Source: Lytechinus pictus
Lineage: Eukaryota
Length of the DNA: 64,000 nt
Direction of reading: 5' to 3'
Assembly (NCBI RefSeq): GCF_037042905.1
Contig: NC_087251.1
Location: 26,352,001 to 26,416,000 of the forward strand
Shown here: piece after piece, positions 54,501 to 64,000 of the stretch
Layout: the number at the start of each line of letters is the position of its first letter
Numbering within the stretch: the stretch's first letter is position 1
Translations under genes and position numbers: made by a program
Notes under the pieces: generated by a model
Seen by the model: the letters and a program-made list of their open reading frames with translations, nothing else
What the model was told of the DNA's origin: nothing
Database searches by the model: none

Positions 54501-57500
54501 TCCAACAAAATCCCACAATCACAGGAACTTATAACAGTTATTATTACTTTCTACTATAATGTGATGCAAGGCTAATGTCCTCACCTTCTCATTGCTCTGG
54601 TACTAAGCATGCCCATCTTGGAGAGTGTGACCCTGGGTTCGACCTCATCCCCAATCTCGTTACGGAAATAAGGACAACTGCTGAGGAGATCGTTGCTCTG
54701 CTTGTCACCGGGGTCCTGCTCTTCATTGGTTAAAAGATCCTCTACGCTCCCCTGCACAGGTCAGAACAAAAAGAAATGTGTACATACATGTACTGAATCT
54801 TTGAAAAGCCATAGGGTGATGACCTCTTTTGAAGTCTTTGACTAAAGTCACTTCTGTCACTTATCATCTTATTAGTTTATAAGATGTTCTTTACTTATAT
54901 ATACATATTCATATTTGAATAAAAGCAGGACAAAAAATGTAATGGTCTTTAAAAAAAAGTTAGAAGTACCCTCTCACCCTGAGCATCTAAATTGAAAATG
55001 AATATCTACACAAACTCTGGATACATCACATACACAGATTCTGAATACACAGTGTAAAATTATCTTAATGAGGGACACATTAAGAAGATGTGTAATTAAA
55101 TTGATAGGATTTAAATGAGGGATTCTCAAATGGTGGCGCATGCGCCACTTGTGGCGCACTGAGCCTTGCGGAGTGGCGCACTGAGCCTTGCGGAGTGGCG
55201 CTTGGGAGCCGGTATTAAAAAAAAGAAAATAAAAATAAGGAAAAATTGGGGAGAAAAAATGTATCAACCAGTAACCTGGAAATGAGGATTTGGTGATCAT
55301 TTTAATACAAAGAGAAAACAAAAACTCTTTACTTGACACTTAAGTGCTAATTGATTTCCTCAAATTTTGTCAAATTTAGCACTCGATAACCCCTATTATA
55401 GAGGATCGATGGTGTTCTCCTTTTTATTTATTCTATGCTGTACAAAGTTTATATGCCACACAAGTGATTTGAAAGCTCCGCTTGTAGGTTTCTAATTCTA
55501 CGGCAAGTAATTTTGCATTTCATGCAGAGTATACGTTTTGGTTAAGAGTTAAACATCAAATAATATGATATTCAAAGAAAATCCTGATCATAAAAGATAA
55601 TGAATTTGGGACCTAACAAGCAGAAACTTTGTTTCCGAAGCCGATTAAAATCCGAAGATGTAAAAGTGAAATATGCTCGATGTATTGCCTGCCGTGATTG
55701 CCTGCATGCACTCTTGCTTAACACGAGCTGAATGAATGATACTGCACATGAGTTGTAGAGAGAGGGGGGCAGTTTGTGGCGTTAATAGTGCAGTGCAACG
55801 CCTGATTTTCAGCCCTTGCAAAATCAGGGACTGTAACTTCAGCCACTGGCGTACAAATGGGGGTGTGGATTGGGGGGCCCCCAAGTGTTTCACGGCCAAG
55901 AAAAAAAAGGAGAAAAGGAAAGGGAAAGAATGGAATATTGTATTATGTCAAAATATAGATTTTTGTATTGAAAAGTTCAACATTTTTGCTTCAGCTGCCA
56001 TACTTAGCCCCCTCAATTTTTTTTTACACATTACGCCACTTGCTTCAGCCAATAGATCTGGTGCAGAACAGTCTTAACTAGTGGTATCATTGGTATGTTG
56101 TGAAATAGTCACTAATCATTTTTATTTAATAAATAATGTGTATTTTGTTGGCATTTGTATTTCTTCTGTTGATATTAATTAGAGCCCCTCTGGGCAATTT
56201 AAAAGGCTCATATTCCAAAAACTTCTGGGGGTTCTGCCCCCTCGACCCCAACCAGAGGCCTCTGGACCCCTTCCGAAATACTTTGCTGGCTTGCGTAATG
56301 GATAGTGGAGCATTACAGATTCTCAACAAGAAATATGGAGCTTCAAAAAAAGTAATTGCGAATGGCTGATTTAAATATTACAACATAGGGAGGAAATTAC
56401 ATAAAATATTGGTGTTTCATACATTCTTTTTCCTACACGAAGTGCAGACTATAATGACTTGCTAATGCTGACTCCTTAGTCAATAAATATTACAGTTTAT
56501 ATTTTCTAAAAATTTTGGCCAAATGTCCTTAATCTACACAACACATATTTCTATAAATTTGTTACTGTTATCAGCAACATATTATTGTATTTTGCATGAG
56601 TGAAACATTTCCTTCTAAAAAACACCCCAAAGTTGTAAACAGGATCCTGTATTACACAATGTCTAGCAAATGATCATAGCTCATACATGTAGCTAATTTT
56701 CATTTTCATAATTGATTCCATTGGTAATTATGTGGAATCAATCATAAAAATAACCTGTAATGATCAATCATTAAGCTTTTAGATGTGAAGACCTAGATCA
56801 TTATACTCACTTCAGGTGTATTGGTAGAACTGGCCTTGGAAGCTGCTGAAGCACCTGTAGTCACGTTGCCCTTGGCAATTAAGTCACTACTCCTGGTTAA
56901 ATCCCCAAGTTCAAAGTGTAAGCTCTGCACATCAAAATGCTCAAATGCTCTCCTCCTAACACCCTCTTCAATCCTTGTTTCAAGCATTTCATCAGCAGTT
57001 CTATTGTCACTGTTTTCTTTGGAAATATCACCTCTTTCCCCTTTTCGCAGTTTCCTAAAGAAGGAGCCCTCGTGCCTGCGCTCATTGTTCGAGTATGATT
57101 TAGTTCTGTCCCTCTTTTCTCTTTTGCTCGGGTACCTGCGAGGTTGTTTAGGACTGGGTATGGTTTGGCTTCTTTCGATAGTAGTACTGCGTTGCTTGGG
57201 TGGTGCCTGCGGTGTCTGTGGTGTCCGTGCAGGCAGAGGGGCAGTGTTGCTGCGCCCATCGTGTACTGTGGTCACACGACCCTGGATAAGCTGCTTGAAC
57301 TGTGGTGGCGCTGGACTGCGCTCATCCACAGCCTTGTAGTCCTGCAGCATTCTAAAGAAACTCTCTCCTCCCGTACTCTGCACATCTATCGAGGATGTAC
57401 TCCCAAAATCCCTTGTAACAGCAGCTGCATTGAAGTCTGTTTTCTCAATTATGTCTAATGTTGAGTTACTCATACTACGCCTCAAATTCTGTGTCAGAGG

Positions 57501-58175
57501 CATGCGGGGTAAGTCACCCCCACGGTTAAACTTCCTGAGATTATCTGTGGTCAACGCTAGGGTTCGATGACTTTCCGTTGAGGCACTGACCACCCCAAGA
57601 GCTTGCTCAAAGTATTTTCCGTCAGGGCTGGTATTGTGCCTTCGATGTTGAGGGGATCTGTGAGTCCGTTTTTCCTCATCTCTCCAATACTGCCTAGCTT
57701 CCTCTTTACTTCTAAGCCAAGGGCTCTGCCTTGCAAGCAAGTCCTGCGTTGATGACATGAGTTCCTTGTGATAGTCTTTCTCATTATCCGCAACTTCAGA
57801 TGCTTCCTCGTTGGCCTGGAAATCGACCTTCACTGGAGTTGCTCGAAATTGACCAGTGGTCAAACCGAGTTGACCACTACCACTATCTCCACTGCTCCTT
57901 CCCCAAGAGCGGCTATCGCTCCTTGGGGTACTCACACCCCTAGATACTGTGCTCCCCGACTGGTATCCGTTGCCCTGGCTCTGCGTGGCTGAGCCTGGCC
58001 TGTAATAGTTATCTTCCGATTGTTGAGATGAAGAGGAGTGACCGTTTTGTACCACCTTGCTGTGATAATAATCGGCCATCTCCTGCGCACTTTGTCTTGC
58101 TGATTGGATCAGCTCTGGTTGTACCGCTCCGCTGTGTGCGTAGTTCCCATGCACTCCTCTACTTGCTGTGGCCAT
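10134..58175 (-). CDS. SIPA1L: SIPA1-like / SPAR family Rap GTPase-activating protein (RapGAP-PDZ-SPAR_C); whole traced coding span, 3' end incomplete
   Basis: 25 exons with GT-AG boundaries and matching phases join into an open frame of about 1870 aa. Family motifs include [92 protein letters not shown] and [16 protein letters not shown]. Confidence 0.96.
10931..11513. mobile_element. Non-autonomous Kolobok-like foldback element
   Basis: TTAA duplications; termini AGGAGAATGAAAC / GTTTCATTCTCCT; long inverted arms (about 11031-11133 vs 11311-11412). Confidence 0.8.
11531..11687. mobile_element. MITE, PIF/Harbinger-like
   Basis: TIRs GGACCCATTGCATGAGAGTTACTA / TAGTAACTTTTACGCAACGGGACC flanked by a CTG duplication. 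Confidence 0.65.
11730..11940 (-). CDS. SIPA1L: SIPA1L exon 24 (...[13 protein letters not shown]...), start of SPAR_C region
   Basis: ctgtAG acceptor, ATG|GTGAGT donor, phase 0->1; RTVSEESL resembles the family RTLSDES motif. Confidence 0.9.
13764..14063 (-). CDS. SIPA1L: SIPA1L exon 23, 300-nt frame-neutral Ser/Pro-rich exon, likely alternatively spliced
   Basis: cacacAG acceptor, GGG|GTAAAT donor, phase 0->0; GC-rich open frame preceded by a 916-nt AG-free zone. Confidence 0.75.
15701..15745 (+). repeat. (GTATA)9 microsatellite
   Basis: Direct reading. Confidence 0.95.
16981..17170 (-). CDS. SIPA1L: SIPA1L exon 22 ([13 protein letters not shown]...[12 protein letters not shown]...QERE)
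   Basis: tttctAG acceptor, GAG|GTAGGA donor, phase 2->0. Confidence 0.87.
17541..17917 (-). CDS. SIPA1L: SIPA1L exon 21 ([14 protein letters not shown]...[10 protein letters not shown])
   Basis: cccttcAG acceptor, AAG|GTATGT donor, phase 0->2. Confidence 0.9.
18281..18532 (-). CDS. SIPA1L: SIPA1L exon 20 ([23 protein letters not shown]...EQLYQ)
   Basis: accAG acceptor, CAG|GTAAAG donor, phase 0->0; SDEKWYD recalled from vertebrate SIPA1L1. Confidence 0.92.
18881..19920 (+). mobile_element. HINE/Tsp/pearl-like non-autonomous element with internal 153-162 bp tandem units
   Basis: Starts AAACAAG; subterminal IR GTCTCACCTGCAT (18904) / ATGCAGGTGAGAC (19903); terminal hairpin; GCC microsatellite; repeated CAGGATGTTCAG...TGACCTTTGACC units at about 18966, 19128, 19281 and 19735. 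Confidence 0.8.
19341..19626. mobile_element. Penelope-like pseudo-LTR fragment nested in the HINE
   Basis: Interrupts the tandem array; carries GTAGTCCTGAAAAGGACTG and GACGTTTCGG motifs that I recall from marine-invertebrate Penelope pLTRs. Confidence 0.55.
20485..20627 (-). CDS. SIPA1L: SIPA1L exon 19 ([13 protein letters not shown]...YPLHNVAQ)
   Basis: ttttctcAG acceptor, CAG|GTAAGA donor; open only in phase 1->0. Confidence 0.85.
20767..21096 (+). repeat. (GAT)n/(GCT)n microsatellite enclosing an inverted exon-12 fragment
   Basis: Direct reading; 20816-20915 is the reverse complement of about 26546-26648. Confidence 0.92.
22411..22461 (-). CDS. SIPA1L: Probable 51-nt cassette exon ([17 protein letters not shown])
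   Basis: tttttgctctaatgcaatcAG acceptor, strong AGG|GTGAGA donor, phase 1->1, no stop. Confidence 0.6.
22926..23456 (-). CDS. SIPA1L: SIPA1L exon 17 ([16 protein letters not shown]...SLDNYRTR)
   Basis: GC-rich open frame; tgttAG acceptor. Donor GAG|GTACAA chosen because the next exon is open only from phase 1. Confidence 0.82.
23664..23803 (-). CDS. SIPA1L: SIPA1L exon 16 ([12 protein letters not shown]...SLAMSSR)
   Basis: ttgcAG acceptor, GAG|GTAAGC donor, phase 2->1. Confidence 0.88.
23839..24122 (+). repeat. Tandem duplication, two copies, period 149 bp
   Basis: CCACTGCATGCTCAGTCAA...GATCACTGGAA begins at 23839 and again at 23988. Confidence 0.93.
24402..24517 (-). CDS. SIPA1L: SIPA1L exon 15, PDZ C-half ([31 protein letters not shown]...PRR)
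   Basis: ccttAG acceptor, GAG|GTAGGT donor, phase 0->2. Confidence 0.95.
25171..25308 (-). CDS. SIPA1L: SIPA1L exon 14, PDZ N-half ([18 protein letters not shown]...[12 protein letters not shown])
   Basis: ttgcAG acceptor, GAG|GTAAGA donor, phase 0->0; GQLGF PDZ loop. Confidence 0.96.
26054..26168 (-). CDS. SIPA1L: SIPA1L exon 13 ([11 protein letters not shown]...[14 protein letters not shown])
   Basis: ttctAG acceptor, AGG|GTAAGT donor, phase 2->0. Confidence 0.92.
26464..26590 (+). repeat. (CAT/CGT/CAC)n microsatellite immediately after the exon-12 donor
   Basis: Direct reading. Confidence 0.92.
26597..26742 (-). CDS. SIPA1L: SIPA1L exon 12 ([17 protein letters not shown]...[19 protein letters not shown])
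   Basis: ttctAG acceptor, TGG|GTAAGA donor, phase 0->2; conserved VIGWT. Confidence 0.92.
27499..27528 (+). repeat. Poly(A) run of about 30 nt
   Basis: Direct reading. Confidence 0.9.
28238..28443. mobile_element. Degenerate palindromic MITE
   Basis: TTACGTTCAATT...AAGTCCCCAAATTAAG mirrored by CTTTGATTTGGGACTT...AATTAGACGTAA. Confidence 0.5.
31204..31430 (-). CDS. SIPA1L: SIPA1L exon 11 ([30 protein letters not shown]...GALVWDVQ)
   Basis: attcAG acceptor, CAG|GTATGT donor, phase 1->0. Confidence 0.95.
31793..31899 (-). CDS. SIPA1L: SIPA1L exon 10 ([17 protein letters not shown]...FADFLLAK), RapGAP
   Basis: tttcAG acceptor, AAA|GTAAGT donor, phase 2->1. Confidence 0.95.
32588..32745 (-). 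CDS. SIPA1L: SIPA1L exon 9 ([20 protein letters not shown]...), catalytic Asn-thumb of RapGAP
   Basis: aatAG acceptor, CTC|GTAAGT donor, phase 0->2; intact KRHIGND. Confidence 0.97.
34356..34864. mobile_element. Tc1/mariner-like MITE
   Basis: TA|CAGTGTGTCCCAGAAAA ... TTTTCTGGGCTGCACTG|TA. Confidence 0.75.
35479..35579 (-). CDS. SIPA1L: SIPA1L exon 8 ([10 protein letters not shown]...[16 protein letters not shown]), RapGAP
   Basis: ttgcAG acceptor, CAG|GTTAGT donor, phase 1->0. Confidence 0.95.
35947..36045 (-). CDS. SIPA1L: SIPA1L exon 7 ([33 protein letters not shown]), RapGAP
   Basis: aacAG acceptor, AGA|GTGAGT donor, phase 1->1. Confidence 0.95.
36714..36789 (-). CDS. SIPA1L: SIPA1L exon 6 ([25 protein letters not shown]), RapGAP
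   Basis: tccAG acceptor, ACG|GTAATC donor, phase 0->1. Confidence 0.95.
37247..37435 (-). CDS. SIPA1L: SIPA1L exon 5 ([16 protein letters not shown]...QLLKIDEQG)
   Basis: gtgcAG acceptor, GGG|GTTAGT donor, phase 0->0; follows an 11.8-kb intron. Confidence 0.95.
38387..38830 (+). mobile_element. Possible highly degraded non-LTR (CR1/L2-type) reverse-transcriptase remnant
   Basis: [11 protein letters not shown] (38438-38470) resembles the RT motif QGxxLGPxLF; no YxDD seen; boundaries approximate. Confidence 0.35.
39390..39990 (+). repeat. Local duplication, two copies, period about 355 bp
   Basis: AGAATTTCCTTAGCCTATGAAGAATGTCACTTGACATAAAACA and flanks occur at about 39421 and 39775. Confidence 0.9.
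41170..41534. mobile_element. MITE (hAT-like termini)
   Basis: Perfect 14-bp TIR CAGACCTGCCAACC / GGTTGGCAGGTCTG flanked by CATATA on both sides. Confidence 0.75.
44319..44557. mobile_element. piggyBac-like MITE
   Basis: TTAA|CCCTTTGCGCG ... CATGCAAAGAG|TTAA. Confidence 0.6.
45104..45318 (-). mobile_element. tRNA-derived SINE
   Basis: A box TGGCTCAGTGG and B box GGTTCGATCCC at tRNA-like spacing, followed by a non-tRNA body. Confidence 0.8.
46007..46517. mobile_element. Non-autonomous element with a ~180-bp terminal palindrome (Crypton-like)
   Basis: Imperfect palindrome 46335-46512 centred on GGGGC-TTC-GCCCC, plus a CpG-rich 5' part. Family assignment is from recall only. Confidence 0.5.
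48488..48659. mobile_element. MITE with ~60-bp TIRs, PIF/Harbinger-like (truncated relative at 1351-1412)
   Basis: GTTTCATAAAGCTGTT...GACTGGTGATCCTTT mirrored by AAAGGATCACCAGTC...AACAGCTTTATGAAAC. Confidence 0.8.
49261..49412 (-). CDS. SIPA1L: SIPA1L exon 4 ([22 protein letters not shown]...YRILLRSSE), RapGAP dimerisation region
   Basis: cctgtAG acceptor, GAG|GTAAGC donor, phase 1->0. Confidence 0.95.
50528..50673 (-). CDS. SIPA1L: SIPA1L exon 3 (...[19 protein letters not shown])
   Basis: accAG acceptor, ATG|GTAAGA donor, phase 2->1. Confidence 0.9.
54084..54363. mobile_element. PIF/Harbinger MITE
   Basis: TAA|AGGCCTGGCCCAACTG ... CAGTGGGACCAGGCCT|TAA. Confidence 0.8.
54585..54751 (-). 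CDS. SIPA1L: SIPA1L exon 2 (GSVEDLL...[16 protein letters not shown]...)
   Basis: gtgcAG acceptor, AAG|GTGAGG donor, phase 0->2, conserved [10 protein letters not shown]. Confidence 0.93.
55151..55201 (+). repeat. 22-bp tandem repeat (2.3 copies), probably subterminal repeats of a DNA-transposon remnant
   Basis: GTGGCGCACTGAGCCTTGCGGA twice. Confidence 0.85.
55844..56041. mobile_element. hAT-like MITE
   Basis: Termini CACTGGCGTA / TACGCCACTT with 8-bp flanks ACTTCAGC / GCTTCAGC (7/8 match). Confidence 0.7.
56811..58175 (-). CDS. SIPA1L: SIPA1L coding exon 1 (455 aa, low-complexity N-terminus with DFGSTSSID and [11 protein letters not shown] motifs)
   Basis: 460-aa ORF in the track; start context gaatATGG; donor GAA|GTGAGT, phase 0. 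Confidence 0.93.
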
Positions 58176-58688
58176 ATTCAGCCATGCACCCTAATCGCCT
58201 CACCTTTCCCCTGACTGCAACAAAAACAGAACCCACCTCTCAAGCTGAAAATCTGCTAATCATTTCTTTGTCTGAATCAACACCATTACTGTCGTTCATA
58301 ATTCATATCCTCCTCTATATATTACAGTGATTCACATTGAAATAAAAGCTTCAAAATAAGTGATCCGATCCACCAGAGAGTAACCCACACACTGTTAGAT
58401 AGATGTACATCCTGCACTATCCACGACCTGGACCAGAATGGATATCACACACAATGGTTTCCTGGCCAAAACAACAGCTCTGCTCCTGTGTGTCGGGTTG
58501 CCCCTTCCTTCCTGGTCTGGTGGCTGAGTCAAGCATTGATTTGTCAACAGACAAATGCCTGTATGGACGGTTGGAACGGTCTGCCTGTAATCACATGCTC
58601 ATCCCCTGATCAGCGTTTCCAGGTCAAGCGAGTAGATCCAGTAGCAGTGTGGTCGGTCGGACAGGACCTTGAATTAGGGTAAATCCGT
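58176..58688 (-). other. SIPA1L: 5' UTR portion of the first coding exon
   Basis: Minus-strand acceptor ttttttctctccaaaccacAG at 58689-58690. I noticed no convincing splice site between it and the ATG at 58175. Upstream exon and promoter not identified. Confidence 0.55.
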
Positions 58689-61600
58689 CTGTGGTTTGGA
58701 GAGAAAAAAATGGAACAGAAATTTAGGATGATAAAAAAAAACATAAAAGCAGGAGGAAGACTTTTGAAGATACCTGAAAAACAATATATAATTCAAGCTG
58801 ATTAACTTTCAAAACATCTATCATATTTATAAGACATGCTATTGTAATTTTCCAAAAATATTTAATACATGCATGAGCTTTCTTTAAAGATGCCTGAAAA
58901 TACATTTTCCAACAAATTGTATTCATTTTCAGAACATCAGGATTCTCCATAGATAGATCTGACTTTTTCACCCATTTGAAATAAACATGAAATGATTATG
59001 TGATCATAATATAATAAAAGAAATAGACATTTTGAGCTTGGTTTGGAATTCCTCTATCAAACTCTCTTTTACACTAAAATTAAAACGCATGAAAATATAA
59101 CAATTCACATGAAAAGAACAGGCTTCTAACACAAAAATAGAAAACAATAAAATTGATAGACCATTTGACCTTGAAGCAATTGATCAATCAACTAATTCAC
59201 AATGAGCACACTTGCTTTCACACTGCCCTTTTAATAAAGACATAATCAAGCTTCATTTTCACATCCTACAGTAATATTCAAATTAATTGGAATCCCATGG
59301 TTCCGTCGCATCTGCTTTAATAAGACAGCTTGATACCAACAAAAGACATAAACAATTTTGTGTTGAAAGAAGGATAAAGTAATGACCCCCTCCCAAGTTC
59401 CTAATTTGGAAGAGGTGAATGGACAGGAGGATGGGGGGAAGGGGGTAGTTGGGGGGGGGGGCACTCACATATATTGGTGGTATGGGGACGTGTCATTTTG
59501 ATGACCCCCTTTTTCAGACCTAATTTTCAGTTCTCTAGATACTCCCAATGACAAAAATTCTGTTCAGAAGCCGCCCCGCCCCAAAGCAGCTCCATGCATG
59601 GCTAGCGCCCATATATACATATACACTGTATATATGTACATATAGTTTGAGTGCCCCTCCTCAGGGGTAGTTTATCAAAGCCCCAGTTAAATAATTAGAC
59701 ACAATAGCATTCAATCCATAAATTATTAAACACATGGATGGAAATGTCATCAAAATTCATTAATGTCCACATTGTACAGGTGTTTCCCTAATAATCAAGA
59801 TGTCTGGAAAAGTTTATCATCAAATCTACCAGCAAATGGAGTTTATGTTATTAAGTGTTTGGAAATCCCCCACAAAAATTCTAATGGTACACATTAAACT
59901 GATCATACACATCAATATGCAGTGTGAGTAACTTGATCTTCTTTGCGATGATTCACGCCATAGGAATGTCATGATAAAGATACACTGTATAATTTTGTAT
60001 GTAAACATTGATCCGATGCATTCAAATTCAGCCCACTAGACATTTATCACCATTGAAGCCTGAACTTTTCTATTTACTAATTTTTGAAAAGCAGCATTCT
60101 GTTGACAAAAGAACTGTGTAAGAATCATACTTCCTGATTAAAGTATATGAAAGAAAAAAATATGAAAAGAAATCTACAAAATAAAAAAAAATTACCCCCT
60201 GAATTATTGTGTGAATATAATATGTATTCAGTAATCTAAGATTGAAATTATACTTTTTTCCATTGTAAAGGACCAATTAAAAAAAATGTAGGCCTACATC
60301 TATTCCAATATCTAAGTGTTCACAATTTTGGACCTAGCAAGAAATTTGGATTCTGTACAAGGGCAAACCTTACTCATTAAATTCCTCTTTGCCTCCTTTC
60401 TGGCATTTTAACAATGACGGCTACAAAGTCATCATTGTAAAAAATACATAATTTGTATGATATTTCATAATGATGTATGGGGTGTGAAAATTCAAATCTG
60501 CAGGAAGTGCAATGCTGCTACACATGCTAATCCTATTCACTGTATTCAGACCAAACCTACTCTTTTTTTCTGACAAATATTAGCAACAACGAGGGATTTA
60601 AGCTATCACTGTAAATATGTATTTGCTTGTGTTATTGACACAGCGATAACACAGCATGTGGTTTGAACATTGCATGCATTTTTGTAATGCATAAACTGAA
60701 TGGCGAGGTACAAGTGCCCTTGGACTTTATAAGGGAATTCTAGGCAATGATTTTAACCCATACAACACAGCAATTACCATATGAAAAATAAACCAATAGA
60801 GTTATTTGAATCTGAAAAATCCAATGAGCCCATCAGAGTTTTACAGGCAACTGCTGCATAAATAAAACAGCACAGCTATAAAAACTGGTTGCCAACATAT
60901 TGCTAAGGAAATAAGAGATTTCTAGTATTTTTGTAATTTAATAAAAATGTGTAACCTAAATTGCTTTTTCATTCCTAAAAATCTCTGCAGGTTTTAAGAC
61001 AAACTGTGTACCCTATACATAGCCTGCGTGTAAAGAAGTTTCATTGATTTATCATTCACCAAATAAAAAAGGCAATCAACTGACGTGGAAAGCAGCTCAC
61101 ATTATAAAGTGACATCACACAAAACAACTTCTTTTTTTCATCACAATTTTTGTGATCCATCTTTTGGATTTTCAATGATACATTTCTATCATTTATCTGT
61201 TTCCATAAACACCAACTTGATAGATTGCCCCTTACATATGTGTTGAAGCCACATACATGTACTAAGATTGCAATATATTTCTACACGTACATGTACTGTA
61301 CACTGTCACATGTTTATTTACATTTTTGTACATGTTCATGTCACCTGCTTCATCATTGGAGGGGCCACAAATGCCAACATTCCATGTTCCTCGCCTCTGG
61401 TTGTTTTTCTGCAAATCATCCTTTGTTTATTGAGATTCTTTTCTGTTTTCATTCCCTTTAAACAGCTTCCTAGCTTTCAAAGGAGGTTGGGTTTGTATTT
61501 TCAGCTTATGGATATATTGATTTTTGTCTCCGTCTACATCTAAGCATCTAGAACTCGCTCATCTTCATGCCAATTTCTTTCGTGCCAAAATAGTGCAGAA

Positions 61601-62971
61601 AATAAAAAACCTACAAGTATGCTCAAGACGAATGGTATAGGTTGGGGTGGGACTTGTTCACACAAGTTGCATACATACATGTATTTTACATCATATCTGC
61701 ACAAGATTGGAGAGACAGCTTGTAAATGTGCACACTGCACATTCATTAATAAATATTGAGCAACCATGCGTAATGAAATTCATAAAAACTCTCACAGGTC
61801 CCATCTCCACCAGCTAGAGCTTTAAAATTATCATGCTTTTTCTAATCTGGCAAATCATCCCAGTCAGAACAATCTTGATATTATTTGTAATTGAGGCACC
61901 ATTATCAAGATATTATGTTAGCTTAATCTCGAGATTGCAATCCCAAGTCAACTTGAAGTAATTGCAAATAGCATGTTGTTTCATCATCTATCCACATACA
62001 TGATGTAAAACACAGGTAGATGTAGAGACACAAAGATGTAGGTTTCAGCTTGGGATAATTTGTTCAGGATACCATACCATCAGATCGAACATTATTCAAA
62101 CATAGAGCAAAAAGCAAGCATTTTACGGAACCTAAGGTCACATTTCAGGCTCAAGCAAAATTCATCTTCACTTGGGCTGGTAGAGATGGGCCCTGGGGTT
62201 TCTTGAATCTCAAGATTGAGCAAACTAGGACTAATGGAGCACCAGCTACATTCACTACCTACAGCATCAAAGCATTATTACATGAATCATTGCTACATTG
62301 TATTTATGTCCTTCATTTCTAAATATATTCATTTCAGGATTGATAAACTACTGTACATGGAAAATAAAGATTTTGGAAATTTGGTAACAATATTAATTCA
62401 CATTAAAAAATAAACATTTTGTGTTTAATCACCTCTTGACACCATACTTACACTGTAACAGCAACGAGGATTATGAATAGAGGAAATAAAACGGGAACTC
62501 CTATACAAAAATGCTTCTTTCAGCCCAATTTCAATCATTTGTCTGCCGACCTTGTCCTAAGTTGTCTGTCCTATATCCTATTTAAAGGGATACTTCTTCT
62601 TGTATGTTCTTTTAAATTTTCTTATTCAAATCATAAAGGATTACAATTACCGGCAATGATTTGATAAATTCATTCAATAAGTTTTAATGGGTATGCATTC
62701 ATTCAAATCAGGCAAATTTGTTTTCTGACTCAAAATGAATGTTTAAGTTTCACTAGACCTTTCCCATTTTATTTCTCATGAATTTCATCAACAGAAGCAT
62801 TACCATTACCTACATATGTTTACGATGGGTACATCAAATAAGGACTAGTGATCGATACATGCAGGTCAGATGGCTTGCCCTATGGACCAATAAAATTTTA
62901 CTTCAAAATTTTAAACAGCAATGGGGGGACATTTTTCATCAAACACTCAACAAAGTAGGGTGCGTTGTTAT

Positions 62972-63120
62972 TAATAATAATAATATTAATAAACAGTTCT
63001 TGTATAGCTCATTATCACATTATGATTTTAACGTGCTTCCAAAGGACTTGGATATTATTATCCCGGCTTTAGCTTCGCAGCTGTAATTACTTACAGCGCA
63101 CATGCATTTCAAGGAATTAT
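62972..63120 (-). mobile_element. SINE 3' end fragment with (TTA)n tail
   Basis: AAT-rich tail next to TTGTATAGC...ATTATTATCCCGGCTTTAGC, recalled as an echinoderm SINE 3' region. Confidence 0.45.
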
Positions 63121-64000
63121 AGTACCATGTAACCAATCGGCCTAAATAGCCAACAAGAGCGATAAAAATGGGAACTTTTTCAAAAACCGAGATTATTTGT
63201 TCACAAAATCCAAAAGTACATGTAGGCTAAAAAAGCATGATTTGTCATTATTCTTGCGATTCACAACTGAAAAATATATAAGCTTTCCTGATCTAGGTCA
63301 AAGTCATGGATGGGACATATATAGTTTTAAGGCTAAATTTAAATAGGTCAAGAAAGCCTATATTGGTACACATATCTTGAAGTCCACATAAACCAAGACA
63401 AAGGCTAGCATGAGGTAGCTTCCTTTTCTAGGCCAGCATACACGCAAGTAAGATTCTTTCTTTACTCCCTAATCTCCCTTGCAAAAGATCAAATGCTTAT
63501 CCAGGAACTCGATAATCGGGCCTCCAAACTCTCTCGATTTCCGCTCACCCGGCAAAATTTAGAACGTCTCTTCACAGGTTTGGCTAGAAATCAAGAGCGC
63601 GGCACAGGATGTTTCGACTTGTACATTATCATTGGCTGTCACAAAAGATTTCCTTTCTAATTATCAAGTGTACTATGGCTATCCTGACGTGGTCTCTAAT
63701 ATGAGCGTCTTTCTATTCCCCTTTATTTCCATGAGTTTGATGATTTCTGGTATGAAGAGGAGGAAAATGGTATCGCAGATAGAAATATCCACGCACCACA
63801 ATATCAGAAAGACACAATCGGTTAAAAGATAAAAACTAGATAATATTCAGAGAAAAATACTGAAATATAACTTAAATTTAAACCCTGAAATGACAAACAA
63901 AACACCACACAAAGAGTATTGTATCAATCAAAAGATGGAGAAAAAAAATTATGAGTAAATTGAAGATGAAAGTATAAATGTACATCTGACCTTTTGAAGA

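Noticed and set aside
56821..57339. 172-aa plus-strand ORF (and other plus-strand ORFs at 57144-58330)
   Set aside because: Antisense shadow of SIPA1L exon 1; no recognisable domain.
58689..64000. Promoter, first exon or second gene
   Set aside because: Only AT-rich intron-like DNA and repeat fragments; the short ORFs have no recognisable homology.

Overview
AT-rich eukaryotic genomic DNA from an invertebrate animal; the repeat families suggest a sea urchin or other echinoderm (inference). Almost the whole window is one minus-strand, multi-exon gene of the SIPA1L/SPAR family (RapGAP + PDZ + SPAR_C). I traced 25 phase-consistent GT-AG coding exons by hand, from the ATG at 58175 to 10134 (5611 nt, about 1870 aa). 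They include the catalytic KRHIGND motif, the PDZ domain and SPAR_C motifs. The usual C-terminal coiled coil was not found, so the gene probably continues beyond base 1. Introns contain MITEs (Harbinger-, Kolobok-, hAT-, piggyBac- and Tc1-like), tRNA-derived SINEs, a HINE/Tsp-like element with a nested Penelope-like fragment, and microsatellites. The most unusual signals concern splicing: (1) a 916-nt AG-free zone containing a perfect TACTAAC upstream of a 300-nt frame-neutral exon; (2) an inverted copy of an exon end plus its 5' splice site about 5.7 kb downstream in the same pre-mRNA; (3) candidate 6-, 24-, 36- and 51-nt microexons and alternative terminal exons; (4) a sense-strand hammerhead ribozyme remnant apparently disabled by a 5-nt micro-inversion. 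All coordinates were derived by eye, and no transcript evidence was available.
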